A DNA stretch of 64,000 bases from an uncultured Methylomirabilota bacterium. Its GTDB lineage: Bacteria; Methylomirabilota; Methylomirabilia; Methylomirabilales; 2-02-FULL-66-22. The notes below the pieces were generated by a model that did no database searches, was not told where the DNA came from, and saw only the letters and a program-made list of their open reading frames with translations. Numbering within the stretch: the stretch's first letter is position 1; every line of letters begins with the position of its first letter. Of this stretch, positions 54,784 to 64,000 are shown in pieces. A program made the position numbers and the translations under genes. The stretch is from positions 95,148 to 159,147 of the forward strand of contig CAWJSJ010000003.1 in assembly GCA_963845565.1 (NCBI GenBank), written 5' to 3'.

Positions 54784-56276
54784 GCCGCGCCTCCCGCCGG
54801 TCCCCCGGCAGCCAGATGGTGAAGCGAGCACCCTCGCCCGGTGCGCTCTCGACGGTGATGGTCCCCTCGTGTGCCCGCACGATGTCGAGGCAGATGCTGA
54901 GCCCGAGCCCGGTACCGCCGCTCCCCTTGGTGGAGAAGAAGGGATTGAAGATGCGCTCTAGATCCTCTGGGGCGATCCCCGTCCCGGTGTCCGTGACGCA
55001 CAGCGCGATGCCCGCGCGGCCGTCCTGATGCACCGCGGCCGCGGAGACACCCACATGGCCTCCGGCGGCCGTGGCCGCCGCCGCGTTCATGAGGAGATTC
55101 AAGAGGACCTGCGTGAGGCCGTCGCCATCCGCCAGGAATCGTGGGGAGGTCGGGGGGCAACGCCAGGCCGAGGTGGACGCGCCGCGCCGCGAACTCCGGC
55201 GCGGCGACTGCCGCGGCCTCGCGGACCAGCCGCCCCGCATCCATGGGCTCGTGCCGCGTGGGCAGCGCCCGGGACGATTGCAGGACCTGCTGCATGGTGC
55301 GCGTGATGCGGCTGACCTGCTCCCGGATCGTCGCCACCTCATGGCGCCGAGGATCGTCTTCCGATAGGCTCCGGCCGAGGATGCGGGCCCGCCCGGAGAT
55401 CACGTGAAGCGGAGTCCCGACCTCGTGCGCAATGACGCTCGCCAGCTTGCCCACCGCGGCGAGCCGTTCCGCGTGCCGAAGCTGGCGCTCCAGGACGGTG
55501 CGGGTCTCCTCCGCACGCCGGCGCTCGTCCTGCGCGTCCGCCAAGTTGCCGGCCATGCGGTTAAAGGCCCGGCCCAGCTCGCCGATCTCCGTGTGTCCCA
55601 CGGCCGAGACCCGGGCGGTCAGGTTGCCTTGCCCGATCTCAGCGGCTCCCGCGATGAGACGTCGGATCGGGCGGGTGACCAACAGTGCGATTCCGATCCA
55701 CACGGTCACGCCGATGGCGACGAGCGCCCACGCCCGCTCCACCAGGATGGTGTTCCGAACGGTCTGGAGCGGCCCAGAGACCCGGGCGACATCGAAGACC
55801 AGCTTGAGGATCGCCTGGGGCGAATCGTTCGGGGTGACCGGAGCTTGGATGTTGTAGGTACCCGAGAGGCTCCACTGGGCGGACACGGTTTCGGCAACGG
55901 GCTCCGGGGTGATCGCGGGCGGACAGACGTCGGGACCCCGTTCCGATGTTGCCGACTCGAACGCGGCCCGAAGGCGTCGGCCCTCCAGGGTGTACACCCC
56001 CACGCACTCGGCGCCCTTGGCCTGCCGAATGTCCTCCAACAGTCCGACCAGCCGTGGATCGTCGGGGGCGTGCAGGAGGGGCGGCACTTGCCCCTCGATA
56101 GCCTGGGTCACCAGGCTCGCTTCGCGCTGGAGCTGAGTCAACACCCGCTTCCGCTCCTGGCGAAGCCGCCACCCGTCCGCCGCCAACGTGACTCCAACGA
56201 CGGCCAGCGTGACGAGCAGAAACAGGCGCAGCCCGAGGCGATTCCGCGGCAGCAGCGCCGCCAGATGCTTGCTCAC
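54776..56276 (-). CDS. HAMP sensor histidine kinase; frameshift near 55135
   Basis: 2 TM, HAMP, HEVGTPL, NLLMNA, DTGTG, GTGLGL. Confidence 0.9.
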
Positions 56277-56314
56277 ACGCTACCTCGTCGCGGAAGCTCG
56301 GGTGACCGACCCCC

Positions 56315-56454
56315 AAACACGAAGACCCTCCACGGCCGGTGGGCCACGAAGGGTCTTGATCCGAGGGCAGCGTCCCCCGCTGGGAGGCCGGGCCGCACGC
56401 TATGGCGGCCGGCATGACGACCTCGCCAGACCGACGGCGATCTACTCCCCCTTG
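56315..56454 (-). ncRNA. yybP-ykoY (Mn2+) riboswitch, copy 2
   Basis: AAGGGGGAGTAG..CGTCATGCCGG..CCGG..CAAGACCCTT, then hairpin ending GGGTCTTCGTGTTT. Confidence 0.85.
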
Positions 56455-56461
56455 CGAGGGG

Positions 56462-56554
56462 ACTCTAGCCAACCCAACGCGCGGTGTCAACCATATTCGA
56501 ACGTAATTGAATGCTCATTCCTCCTTGACCAGCCGGCGGCGCAGCGACTAGAAT
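56462..56554. promoter_or_regulatory. Divergent promoters with shared operator-like motif, copy 2
   Basis: Minus: TTGACA-N17-TAGAGT. Plus: TTGACC-N18-TAGAAT for arsR. CATATTCGAACGTAATTGAATG lies between them. Confidence 0.7.
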
Positions 56555-56583
56555 AGTGCCATCATTTCTCCTGGAGACCCCCC

Positions 56584-56937
56584 GTGCCCCTGCGTCAACG
56601 CGTGCTAGAAGATGCGGCAGAGCTCCTCGGCGTGCTCGGCCATCCTAATCGGCTCCGGATCCTCGCGCTGCTCCACGACGGTGAGCGCGACGTGACCGAT
56701 TTGAAGACTCAACTCGAGGTGCCCGCGGCAAACGTCTCGCAACATCTTGGCGTCCTCCGCTCGCACCACCTCGTCACGGTCCGCCGCGCCGGCACCCGGA
56801 TGGTCTATGCGCTTCGGGACCCTCGGGTGGTCGACGTCATCAACCGCACCCTCGATTTGCTCGCTGATGACATCGCACAAGCGCCCCAGCTTCGTCGAGC
56901 GATCGAGCGCGTGCGCATTCCACCGACGAAGCCCTAA
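56584..56937 (+). CDS. ArsR/SmtB-family repressor (no Cys)
   Basis: LGHPNRLRIL..VSQHLGVLR..RRAG..VYAL. Confidence 0.9.
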   Translation: MPLRQRVLEDAAELLGVLGHPNRLRILALLHDGERDVTDLKTQLEVPAANVSQHLGVLRSHHLVTVRRAGTRMVYALRDPRVVDVINRTLDLLADDIAQAPQLRRAIERVRIPPTKP

Positions 56938-57388
56938 GCGATCGATCTGCCCTCGTTCGCCAATGCGGTGCTTCCCGATACCTTTTGCTCATCGATCCCG
57001 GCACACTTTTCGCGGCTCTGCATCACGCTCTCCGCCTAAACCAAATCCTCCTTCCGCTAACGCATCCCCCAACAGGACACCCATCGGTCATGCGGTGCGC
57101 GGGTTTGCGGGCAGCCACGTCCGCTCCGCTCCCGCTTTCCTCGCAACGTCAGTCATTCGGAGCCGGAGCCGCCACAGCGTCTGCCTTGGCACGAGCAATC
57201 AGCGGACCAGCCGGACGCACCTGAGGGATCTCGCTTCGGGCAAGGGTGTCGGCTTCGGCGACCTGACGAGCAGCTCGCATCGCACGGAGGCCGCCGGCCG
57301 AGACAATGGAGGCGCCGACTGAGATCTTGCAGACACGCATCGCCAGTGTCTTGATCCCAACGAATACGGGGGACGTGCCTTCGTACGG

Positions 57389-57564
57389 GGGGACGGTGTT
57401 GCCTTCGTGAACTTACACTCGACCCGCGCTGGCCCCGAACCGCGGCGGCCCTCCGGGGCACCGTCCGTCGTTCACCGGCGAGCCCAGCAGGTGCCGGCGA
57501 ATCGTGAAGCCCACCGCGTCGGCCGAACGATTTCAGATAAGTTCACGAAGGCAACACCGTCCCC
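57389..57564. repeat. 176-bp element with perfect 27-bp terminal inverted repeats
   Basis: GGGGACGGTGTTGCCTTCGTGAACTTA ... TAAGTTCACGAAGGCAACACCGTCCCC. Confidence 0.8.
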
Positions 57565-57568
57565 TCCG

Positions 57569-57640
57569 GCCAAAAAAGCGAAGGCCTCGGACACCCCCGA
57601 GGCCTTGCGTGCGCCGCTTCGAATCCGTGTTTCAGGCTTG
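57569..57640. repeat. Imperfect direct repeat (right copy); terminator after cupin gene
   Basis: Homologous to 43916-43990. Confidence 0.7.
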
Positions 57641-57658
57641 CGAGGACCAATCCCCCCG

Positions 57659-58135
57659 CTACTTAACAGGCGGTGGCACGGCTATCGTCATGCCATGGCG
57701 CCGGAAGACGTCCATCATCTTCGCACGGTCGGGCGGGCCGGGGGCGGCAGCACCGATGACTTCGGCCGCCTCGCGGAAGTAGGCGGGGCCCATGATCGCC
57801 GGGGTTATAACACAGAGTTGTTTCGCATCCTCGCTGCCGAGGTTGTCGAAACGGTGCACCGCGCCACGGGGGATGCACAGCGCCTGCCCGGGGCCAACCG
57901 CGATCGGTGTTCCGTCAACCGTCCAGGTAAGGACGCCGTTGATCCCGTAGAGGACCTCCTCGTAAGCGTCGTTCTTGTGGGTCGGCGCCGGCAGCTTCTC
58001 CCCGACGGGGACGAAGACTTCGAATATTGACACGCTGCCCCCCGAATCGCCGCCCGTGAGGAGAAACCGGATTCCTAGCGGACCAATCTTGATGGTCTCT
58101 TCCGCAGGATTGACTCTGGTCGTGCGCTGCTGCAT
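57659..58135 (-). CDS. Cupin domain protein
   Basis: PTHKN..EE..G.L..GPG..IPRGAVHRFDN. Confidence 0.88.
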   Translation of the reverse strand: MQQRTTRVNPAEETIKIGPLGIRFLLTGGDSGGSVSIFEVFVPVGEKLPAPTHKNDAYEEVLYGINGVLTWTVDGTPIAVGPGQALCIPRGAVHRFDNLGSEDAKQLCVITPAIMGPAYFREAAEVIGAAAPGPPDRAKMMDVFRRHGMTIAVPPPVK

Positions 58136-58476
58136 GGGTGGCCCCCCCTTCAGTAAGGCGCTCCGACATCTTCCGGTTGTGCTATCCAGCGTGTGAGCCG
58201 CATCTCGGTCTTGCGGGAGTTCACGCTTGTCTCGAACGTCCCATGCCTTTCGAGATGGCTAACTGGCGCTTCTGCGGAAACCAAGAGAGCGACACCGATC
58301 AGCCAGATCTCGACTGCCCAACCCCGTGGCCACGACGCGCGCCGGTAGCGACCCTCGCGTTCCGTAAAGAGATTCCGGCACTGCGGACACTCCTGCTCTG
58401 CCATGTGGGCCTCCCGCCCGAGGGGGCCGCGGTTCCGCATGGGGGTCTGACGGGGTTGGGCCCCGCGTGGCGACAC

Positions 58477-59142
58477 TCACCGCAAGCCGCACAGGAATGC
58501 CTGCAGCGGCGGCTCGCTCCACGGGTCGACCCGGGAGAAACCGCAGTCCGTGACGGTACCACGCCCCGTGCAACAGCGGGGCCGGCTCCTCGGCCCAGAC
58601 GACCTGCGCGTCGGCGGCGATCGGGCCGTACGGCGTGGCGATGCGCAGATCCATTTCCGTCCCCATGGGCACGGGGTCCGCAATGCGGAGTCCCGCCCCC
58701 CGGTCGGACAGGTCCCGGATCGCGCTGGGCACCGCCGGGCACGCGATGCCTTTGGTGTGGCAGGTCCCGGCCAGCGCGCAATAGAGGCGCACCGGGCGCA
58801 CCGATGTCTTGGCGGCGAGGAGCGTGCCGATCCCGGTCGCGGCCGGCCGCCGTGATGCCGGTAAACCGCAGGCCGTGCAGGAACGGGGTGGGGTGCTCCG
58901 CGGGGCACGTCCAGGCCACGTGGGCGACCAGGGGCACGTCCCCCGCCGGCGTGTCGAGCGCGATCTCCAGGGTGCTGCGCGCCATGACCCGCTCGGGCAA
59001 CTCCACCCACGCCCCCCGCAGGTTCAGGTTCTCGAGTCCGCCCCACCTCTGGCCGGTTGGTACTCCCGGCCGTGCAGTGGTATCGGAAACGCACCTCGGT
59101 CGCATATCGGGACACATGGTCCCGCAACAAGTGCTCTTCCAT
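58477..59142 (-). CDS. Tandem PilZ-domain protein (frameshifted)
   Basis: NLNLRGA..VAW..HGLRF and DLSDRGA..VVW..HGLRF in different frames. Confidence 0.65.
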   Translation of the reverse strand: MEEHLLRDHVSRYATEVRFRYHCTAGSTNRPEVGRTREPEPAGGVGGVARAGHGAQHPGDRARHAGGGRAPGRPRGLDVPRGAPHPVPARPAVYRHHGGRPRPGSARSSPPRHRCARCASIARWPGPATPKASRARRCPARSGTCPTGGRDSALRTPCPWGRKWICASPRRTARSPPTRRSSGPRSRPRCCTGRGTVTDCGFSRVDPWSEPPLQAFLCGLR

Positions 59143-59446
59143 ATCTGTTCCCCCCCACGAGACGCCCCGTTTGGTATGTTGAGCGTCACCCGCACAAGCA
59201 TTGGGGTCCTCCACGAGTCCACGGAAGCCAGGCAGGAAGGGAACGAGGATGAAGACTGACGACCAGGGACTCCGGGAGCAACGGCGCGAGCGTTCCGGCC
59301 GACACAAGGAGGACCGGACTTGTCACGTATAAGGGATGATCGAGCGGATGTCAATATGCCAATGTTTTTTCGACTGACATACGTCTCCCCAGCCAGGGTT
59401 CGTAACCCTCACCGCATCCTGAATGGGGGGGGATTTGGCCGGCGGC

Positions 59447-60164
59447 TCAACATCTTTTTTTTGTGTCAGAAGGGGGTCTACCCGACCCATTTTCTAGGGA
59501 ACGGAATACTCGATGCTCGTTGAGGACGGACACTGCCATCTGCACGCGATTTTCCAGGTGGAGTGTCGCAAGGATGTTCTTGAGGTGGTTCTTCACCGTG
59601 TTCTCCGCAAGGCCGAGCTGCGCGGCGATTTCCTTGTTGCTTTTCCCCTCCGCGACCAGCGTCACGATCTCTCGCTCCCGCGGGTTCAGTTCGGCCCGGG
59701 GAGGCGTCCCCACCGCCGAGTGGAGCCCCGCCCGGGTGAACGCCCGCACGACACTGGCGGTCGCCACGCCGCTCGCGAGCGCCGCCTCCCCGCGCACCAC
59801 CCCGCGCAGGGCATCGAAAGGGGCCGGCGGGTCGATCGTCTTCAGCAGGTACCCCTGCGCGCCGCTCTGCACCGCATTGACGACGCTGTCCTCATCGCCC
59901 GAAACCGTGAGCATGACAATCTTCGCGTCCGGGCTCGTCTCCAAAATCCGTCGGGTGGCCGCCGGCCCGTCCGCACGCGGCATCCGCATGTCCATGAGGA
60001 TGACGTCCGGTCGCAGGGCGGCGGCTTGGGCGATGGCCTCAATGCCGTCAGCGGCCTCCCCTACCACCTCGAAGTCCGGCTCCTCACGGAACAGGATGGC
60101 GAGCGCCTTCCGAAACAGGGCATGATCGTTGGCGCAGGACACGTATGCGGGTGGCGCCAGTCAT
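59447..60164 (-). CDS. NarL/LuxR response regulator (5' frameshift)
   Basis: DHALFR..DMRMP..REREIV..GKSNKEIA..TVKNH; AGGAGG RBS before ATG 60164. Confidence 0.85.
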
Positions 60165-60260
60165 AGCCCCTCCTGATGTTCGCGGCGATTCTCACACTGC
60201 CGGCCTGTCATGCGTGCCCGCCGCGGCGTCCGTTCCGGCAGGCCAGCCGGCCCTCCCCGT

Positions 60261-60539
60261 TTACAGATCTGGCACGTTTCGAACGAAGGCACGGGCCAGG
60301 ATCTTCCGCAACTCGTCCGCCCGGACCGCATCCGGGACCTCTCGGAGGATCACGCGTACCGTGAAGCCGCACTGGCGGCACCGTCGGTATTGAAACACCC
60401 ACCGGCCCTCGCGTTCCGTCGTCCCGACCTCCTCCATGTCGGTGAAGCAACAGGGCCCCGGCTGACGCGGCGACACGATGCGCTCTGGATACTTGTTCGT
60501 GGCGGGCTCCCGGTCGGTGTAGTTCACGATCGTCGCCAT
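60261..60539 (-). CDS. Small Cys-motif protein (GPCC..CxxCGFTVR)
   Basis: AAGGAG RBS; paralog at 48450-48890. Confidence 0.75.
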   Translation of the reverse strand: MATIVNYTDREPATNKYPERIVSPRQPGPCCFTDMEEVGTTEREGRWVFQYRRCRQCGFTVRVILREVPDAVRADELRKILARAFVRNVPDL

Positions 60540-60602
60540 GGCACTCTCCTTCGACGATGCGCCGGGGCGCGGGGGCCCCGCCGCGCTCGGGCATAGGGGT
60601 GT

Positions 60603-61235
60603 TCAATGGCACCCGGCGAGGAGCGCGGGCTCCCCGGCCAGGAGGGCCGCCTCCCTTGCGCTCAGTAGGCCCTCCCGCTGCCCGGCGCCCGCGAGATCTC
60701 TCCAGCTCGGCGTGTGGACCGTCCTGGGGTCGCGTGGACGTGTCCGCTCCGCGTCCAGACGGAGGCAGACCTGGCGGACCAGGGTGTTCGACCCCTCGGT
60801 GATCAGCCGATACAACAACTGGCCCCTCGTCTCCCGGAACCCGAGGTCGCTCCCCTCGGCCCACCGCGCCGGTGCCCCCAACACCGCGTCCACGACGTCG
60901 CAGAGTTCCTGGAAGGTCACCGGCTTCCGTAGGATGGCCGCCACGGCGTGCGCCCCGCTGTCCCGCACGAGGGCAGCCGCGTCCGGGTCCCCCGAGACGA
61001 TGACGACTGGAATCTGCGCGGTCTCCTGGGTGCATTTGAGGCGCCGGAGCACCTCGGCGCCCGACAGAACCGGTAACCCCAGGTCCAGCAGGATCAGGTC
61101 GGGCCGGGCGGACGCCTCGCGGAGTGCCGTCGCCCCCTCCGCGGCGACCGTCGGCGTGTGCCCGGCCTTGCGCAGGAAGTACGCCACGATCCCGGCCACC
61201 GCGTCCTCGTCCTCCACGATCAAGATCCGCGCCAT
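60603..61235 (-). CDS. Response regulator with unknown C-terminal domain
   Basis: ILIVEDE..LLDLGLP..VSG..KP; GGAGG RBS. Confidence 0.85.
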   Translation of the reverse strand: MARILIVEDEDAVAGIVAYFLRKAGHTPTVAAEGATALREASARPDLILLDLGLPVLSGAEVLRRLKCTQETAQIPVVIVSGDPDAAALVRDSGAHAVAAILRKPVTFQELCDVVDAVLGAPARWAEGSDLGFRETRGQLLYRLITEGSNTLVRQVCLRLDAERTRPRDPRTVHTPSWRDLAGAGQREGLLSAREAALLAGEPALLAGCH

Positions 61236-61471
61236 GCCTCACCTCCGAGTTCTGACCCCGTTGAGCTATGTCCGACGGGCAGACCGTCCGCGCGCTGCTG
61301 GCCGTGACCAAGGCCGACCCGCGCTCCGTTAACCGCGCGATGAGCATCAACTCCGTCGGCTTCCATCACGTGGTGCCCGGCCGCTCGAAGCACTTGGGCA
61401 AGGACCTGCCGGTGCGCGGCGTGATCGTCGATCAGCAGGATTGTGCGAGGTGCGACGAACGTCGGTTTCAT
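61220..61471 (-). pseudogene. Truncated receiver domain
   Basis: ILLIDDH..GHHVMEADG, then sequence degenerates. Confidence 0.5.
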
Positions 61472-61525
61472 GCCGCCCTCCGCGCGTTGTCCCCCACCTG
61501 GTGGGGCCTCAGAGGTTCCCTCGCC

Positions 61526-61954
61526 TCAGCCCACCGGTCGCTGCCACGCGTCGGCGCGTCGGGGCCCGCGCGACGCCAGGCGCCGGATGGTCGGGATCAG
61601 ATCGTGCTCGAGGCGCACCTTGGAGACGAATGCATCCGCGCCGGCCGTCAGCGTCGCCGCCTGATACGTGTCCGGATCCAGGAGGGTTAAGGCGACGAGG
61701 ATGGCGTCGGGGAGCCGGGTCCGTAAGTGCGGAAGGAGCACCAAGCCTGATTGAAGCGGCATCTGCAAATCGACCAGCACGACATCCGGTTGGAGCGTTG
61801 CCGCCTGGGCGACAGCCTCTCGCCCGTCAAAGACCGACCCCACGACGCGCAGCGCGCCCTCCCCGTTTTCGGCAAGAAACTTGGTGACAACGCGGAGAAA
61901 GGTCCGGTTGTCGTCCACCAGCAGCACGGACAACATTGGGAATTCTGCCTCCAT
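61526..61954 (-). CDS. Single-domain response regulator
   Basis: VLLVDDN..VDLQMP..GADAFVSK. Confidence 0.85.
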   Translation of the reverse strand: MEAEFPMLSVLLVDDNRTFLRVVTKFLAENGEGALRVVGSVFDGREAVAQAATLQPDVVLVDLQMPLQSGLVLLPHLRTRLPDAILVALTLLDPDTYQAATLTAGADAFVSKVRLEHDLIPTIRRLASRGPRRADAWQRPVG

Positions 61955-62162
61955 CCTGGGAGTACGCCGCGCCCTGTATACGCCCTGCGTTCTACGGAAG
62001 AATATGGACTCTGCGGCCGGGTTTGCCTATCCGGCGTTTCCCGGATTTTTCGGACCAAATTTCCGGAGGGCTCGGCCCCGGGGATGCTCACCGGCTGGCG
62101 GGCGGTCAGTGAGGGGCAGAGGTCGTTCTTGGGGAGAACGAGCGGCCAGGGAGCGGCGAACC

Positions 62163-62820
62163 TCAGCCCTCTAGTGGCAGGATCCCCCGTCGGAAGGCAT
62201 ATCGGATCAGGTCGGTTTGGCTTTGGAGGCCGAGTTTCCGCATCAGGTTCTCGCGATGGGTCTCCACGGTCCGAGGACTGATGCCGAGGCGAGCGGCGAT
62301 CTCCGACACGCTGGAGCTTTCAGCCGCCAACTGGAGGACTTCCCGCTCGCGGGTGGTGAGGGTCTCGTATGCATCCGCCGGGGCCGCTTGCGCTTGGCGG
62401 GCGTACGCGGCGTACGGCGCGCTCGGTTAGGGCGGGGCTGAGATAGCGGCGGCCCGCGGTCACCTCGCGGACGGCCACGAGCATGTCGCTCGGGGGCGCA
62501 TCCTTGAGGACGTAGCCGGCGGCACCATGCCGCAGCGCGTCCAGGACAAGGTTTCTGTCGGCGTGCATGGAGAGGATCACGATTCGCGTCTTGAGGGCGC
62601 GCTGGACGATCTGGCGCGTGATCTCCAGCCCGTTCAGCCCCGGCATCCTCACGTCCAGCAGCAACACGTCCGGCCGGAGCCGCTCGACCAGCGCGACCAC
62701 CTTTAGCCCATCCGCCTCTTCGCCGATGACGGCGAAATCGCCCTCGGCTTCCAGCAGCGTGCGGAGCCCCTGCCGCACGATGTGGTGGTCGTCCGCCAAG
62801 ACAACGGTGGTTCGACTCAT
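62163..62820 (-). CDS. NarL/LuxR response regulator (frameshift near 62415)
   Basis: LADDHHIVRQG receiver; HTH LTTREREVL..ISPRTVETHRENLMRKL in a shifted frame. Confidence 0.85.
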
Positions 62821-63290
62821 GACGTCTCCTGCGTTCCCCGTGCCTTGGCCACGGGAGGGCGCCTACGCCGCCGGCGTCCCTCCCCCCGAATGGCGGCGAG
62901 CAAGGCCTCCGCGGAGTCGTTCTTACTCAGATAGCCCACGGCGCCGGCCTGCCGCATCGCCTCCGGCTGTTCGGGGTCTTCGAACATCGAGAGGCCGATC
63001 ACCCGTGTCGTCGGGAACTCCGCCAGGATCGCTCGGGTTGCGTCAATGCCGTTCATGACCGGCATGCTAACGTCCATGACGATGACGTCCGGGGTAAGTT
63101 TCCGGGTCAACTCGACGGCTCGCTGGCCGTTGTCGGCTTCGCCGACCACCTCCAGGTCAGGCTCCCCGGCGAGCAGCGTGGCGAAGCCTCGGCGGACGAG
63201 CGCATGGTCGTCCACCAACAGCACGCGGAGGCGTCGCCCGTCGGGCGATCGCGGCTCCACCTCCGCAAGGCCCGCACCCTGAAGGGTCAC
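62817..63290 (-). CDS. Single-domain response regulator
   Basis: [23 protein letters not shown]. Confidence 0.88.
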   Translation of the reverse strand: MTLQGAGLAEVEPRSPDGRRLRVLLVDDHALVRRGFATLLAGEPDLEVVGEADNGQRAVELTRKLTPDVIVMDVSMPVMNGIDATRAILAEFPTTRVIGLSMFEDPEQPEAMRQAGAVGYLSKNDSAEALLAAIRGEGRRRRRRPPVAKARGTQETS

Positions 63291-64000
63291 TGGAGGGCGA
63301 CGGCCTGGCCCAGCGGGGCAACCAGGGTGAAGCGACTCCCACGGCCGGGGGTACTCGCGATCTCCAGGCGGCCGCCCAAGATCTCCAGCCGCTCGCGGAT
63401 GCCGAGGAGCCCGAAGCCGCCCTCGGTCCCGCCTGCCGCGCGGAGTGTGGTGGGGTCAACGCCGACCCCCGCATCGGCCACGGTGCACGCGAACCACTCG
63501 CCGTCCTGAGTGAGCGTCACCTCGGCCGCCGAAACCTGCGCATACTTGACGACGTTCAGCAAGAGTTCCCGCACCGACTGATACACCAGGACGGCGAGGT
63601 CCGGGGAAGCGCTGGCAACGAGGCTCCGGGCGAATCCACGTGCACCGTAAGTTGGTGCTTCTCCCCCGCCCAGCGGGTCAGCCACGCCAGCGCGGGCAGC
63701 AGATTTCCTGTCTGCAGGGCCGGCGGGCTGAGTTCTCCGGCAAGCGAGCGGGTTTGGGCAATGGCCTCCTCCAGGAGGGTAACCAGCTCGTCGGCGCCCG
63801 CCTGCACCGCCGCGGCGGACGACCGCGCCAGCATGCGCCCGAAGGCGCGCCGCCACCAACTGCTGCTGCAATCCGTCGTGGAGCACGTCAGCCAGTCGGC
63901 GGCGCTCCCGTTGCTTGGCGCGGGTCAGGTCGGTCGCCAGAGCCCGGAGCTGGGTTGCCTGTCGCTCGAGGGCGTCGGATAGCTTGGGACAGGTCGGCGG
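63287..64000 (-). CDS. NarX/HisKA_3-type histidine kinase, partial (frameshifted)
   Basis: LHDGLQQ, RELLLNVVKYA, DAGVG, GFGLLGIRERL. Confidence 0.85.
   Translation of the reverse strand, partial: PPTCPKLSDALERQATQLRALATDLTRAKQRERRRLADVLHDGLQQQLVAARLRAHAGAVVRRGGAGGRRRAGYPPGGGHCPNPLACRRTQPAGPADRKSAARAGVADPLGGGEAPTYGARGFARSLVASASPDLAVLVYQSVRELLLNVVKYAQVSAAEVTLTQDGEWFACTVADAGVGVDPTTLRAAGGTEGGFGLLGIRERLEILGGRLEIASTPGRGSRFTLVAPLGQAVALQ

Noticed and set aside
56985..57340. Short ORFs downstream of arsR
   Set aside because: No RBS, motif or convincing coding signal.
62005..62040. c-di-GMP-I riboswitch (GGCAAACC)
   Set aside because: Lacks the GNRA-capped P2 and the downstream GCAAAGC/P3 elements.

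Overview
High-GC bacterial chromosome segment. GroEL/GlnA/GlnE style suggests a Methylomirabilota/deltaproteobacteria-like lineage, but this is inference only. It is probably a long-read assembly, because several genes, including groEL, carry single-base indels. The left ~44 kb is core and metabolic: groES-groEL, RNase P RNA, a LacI-TRAP cluster, sigma54-type glnB-glnA-glnE, galT with a multi-GAF kinase, a 5-oxoprolinase (pxpA, fused pxpBC)/DUF1445/DUF4392/liv-type ABC cluster interrupted by a transketolase-SDR-transhydrogenase cassette, hisG and larBC. Several families of short repeated palindromic elements are scattered through it. The most striking part is a ~13.7 kb module (43.9-57.6 kb) bounded by ~75-bp imperfect direct repeats. 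It carries two homologous regulatory cassettes, each made of a shared operator-like motif, a sigma70 promoter, a yybP-ykoY (Mn2+) riboswitch and a terminator. One cassette precedes a HAMP kinase plus NtrC-type activator. These are followed by tandem palindromes and a sigma54 promoter in front of a USP, a type II Ca2+/Mn2+ P-type ATPase, Zn-finger proteins and DedA. The other cassette precedes an unannotated 47-aa DUF2934-like ORF, hflK, hflC and a Tim44-like remnant. A Cys-free ArsR is divergent from the first cassette. The right end is a dense cluster of response regulators, a tandem-PilZ protein and a kinase.
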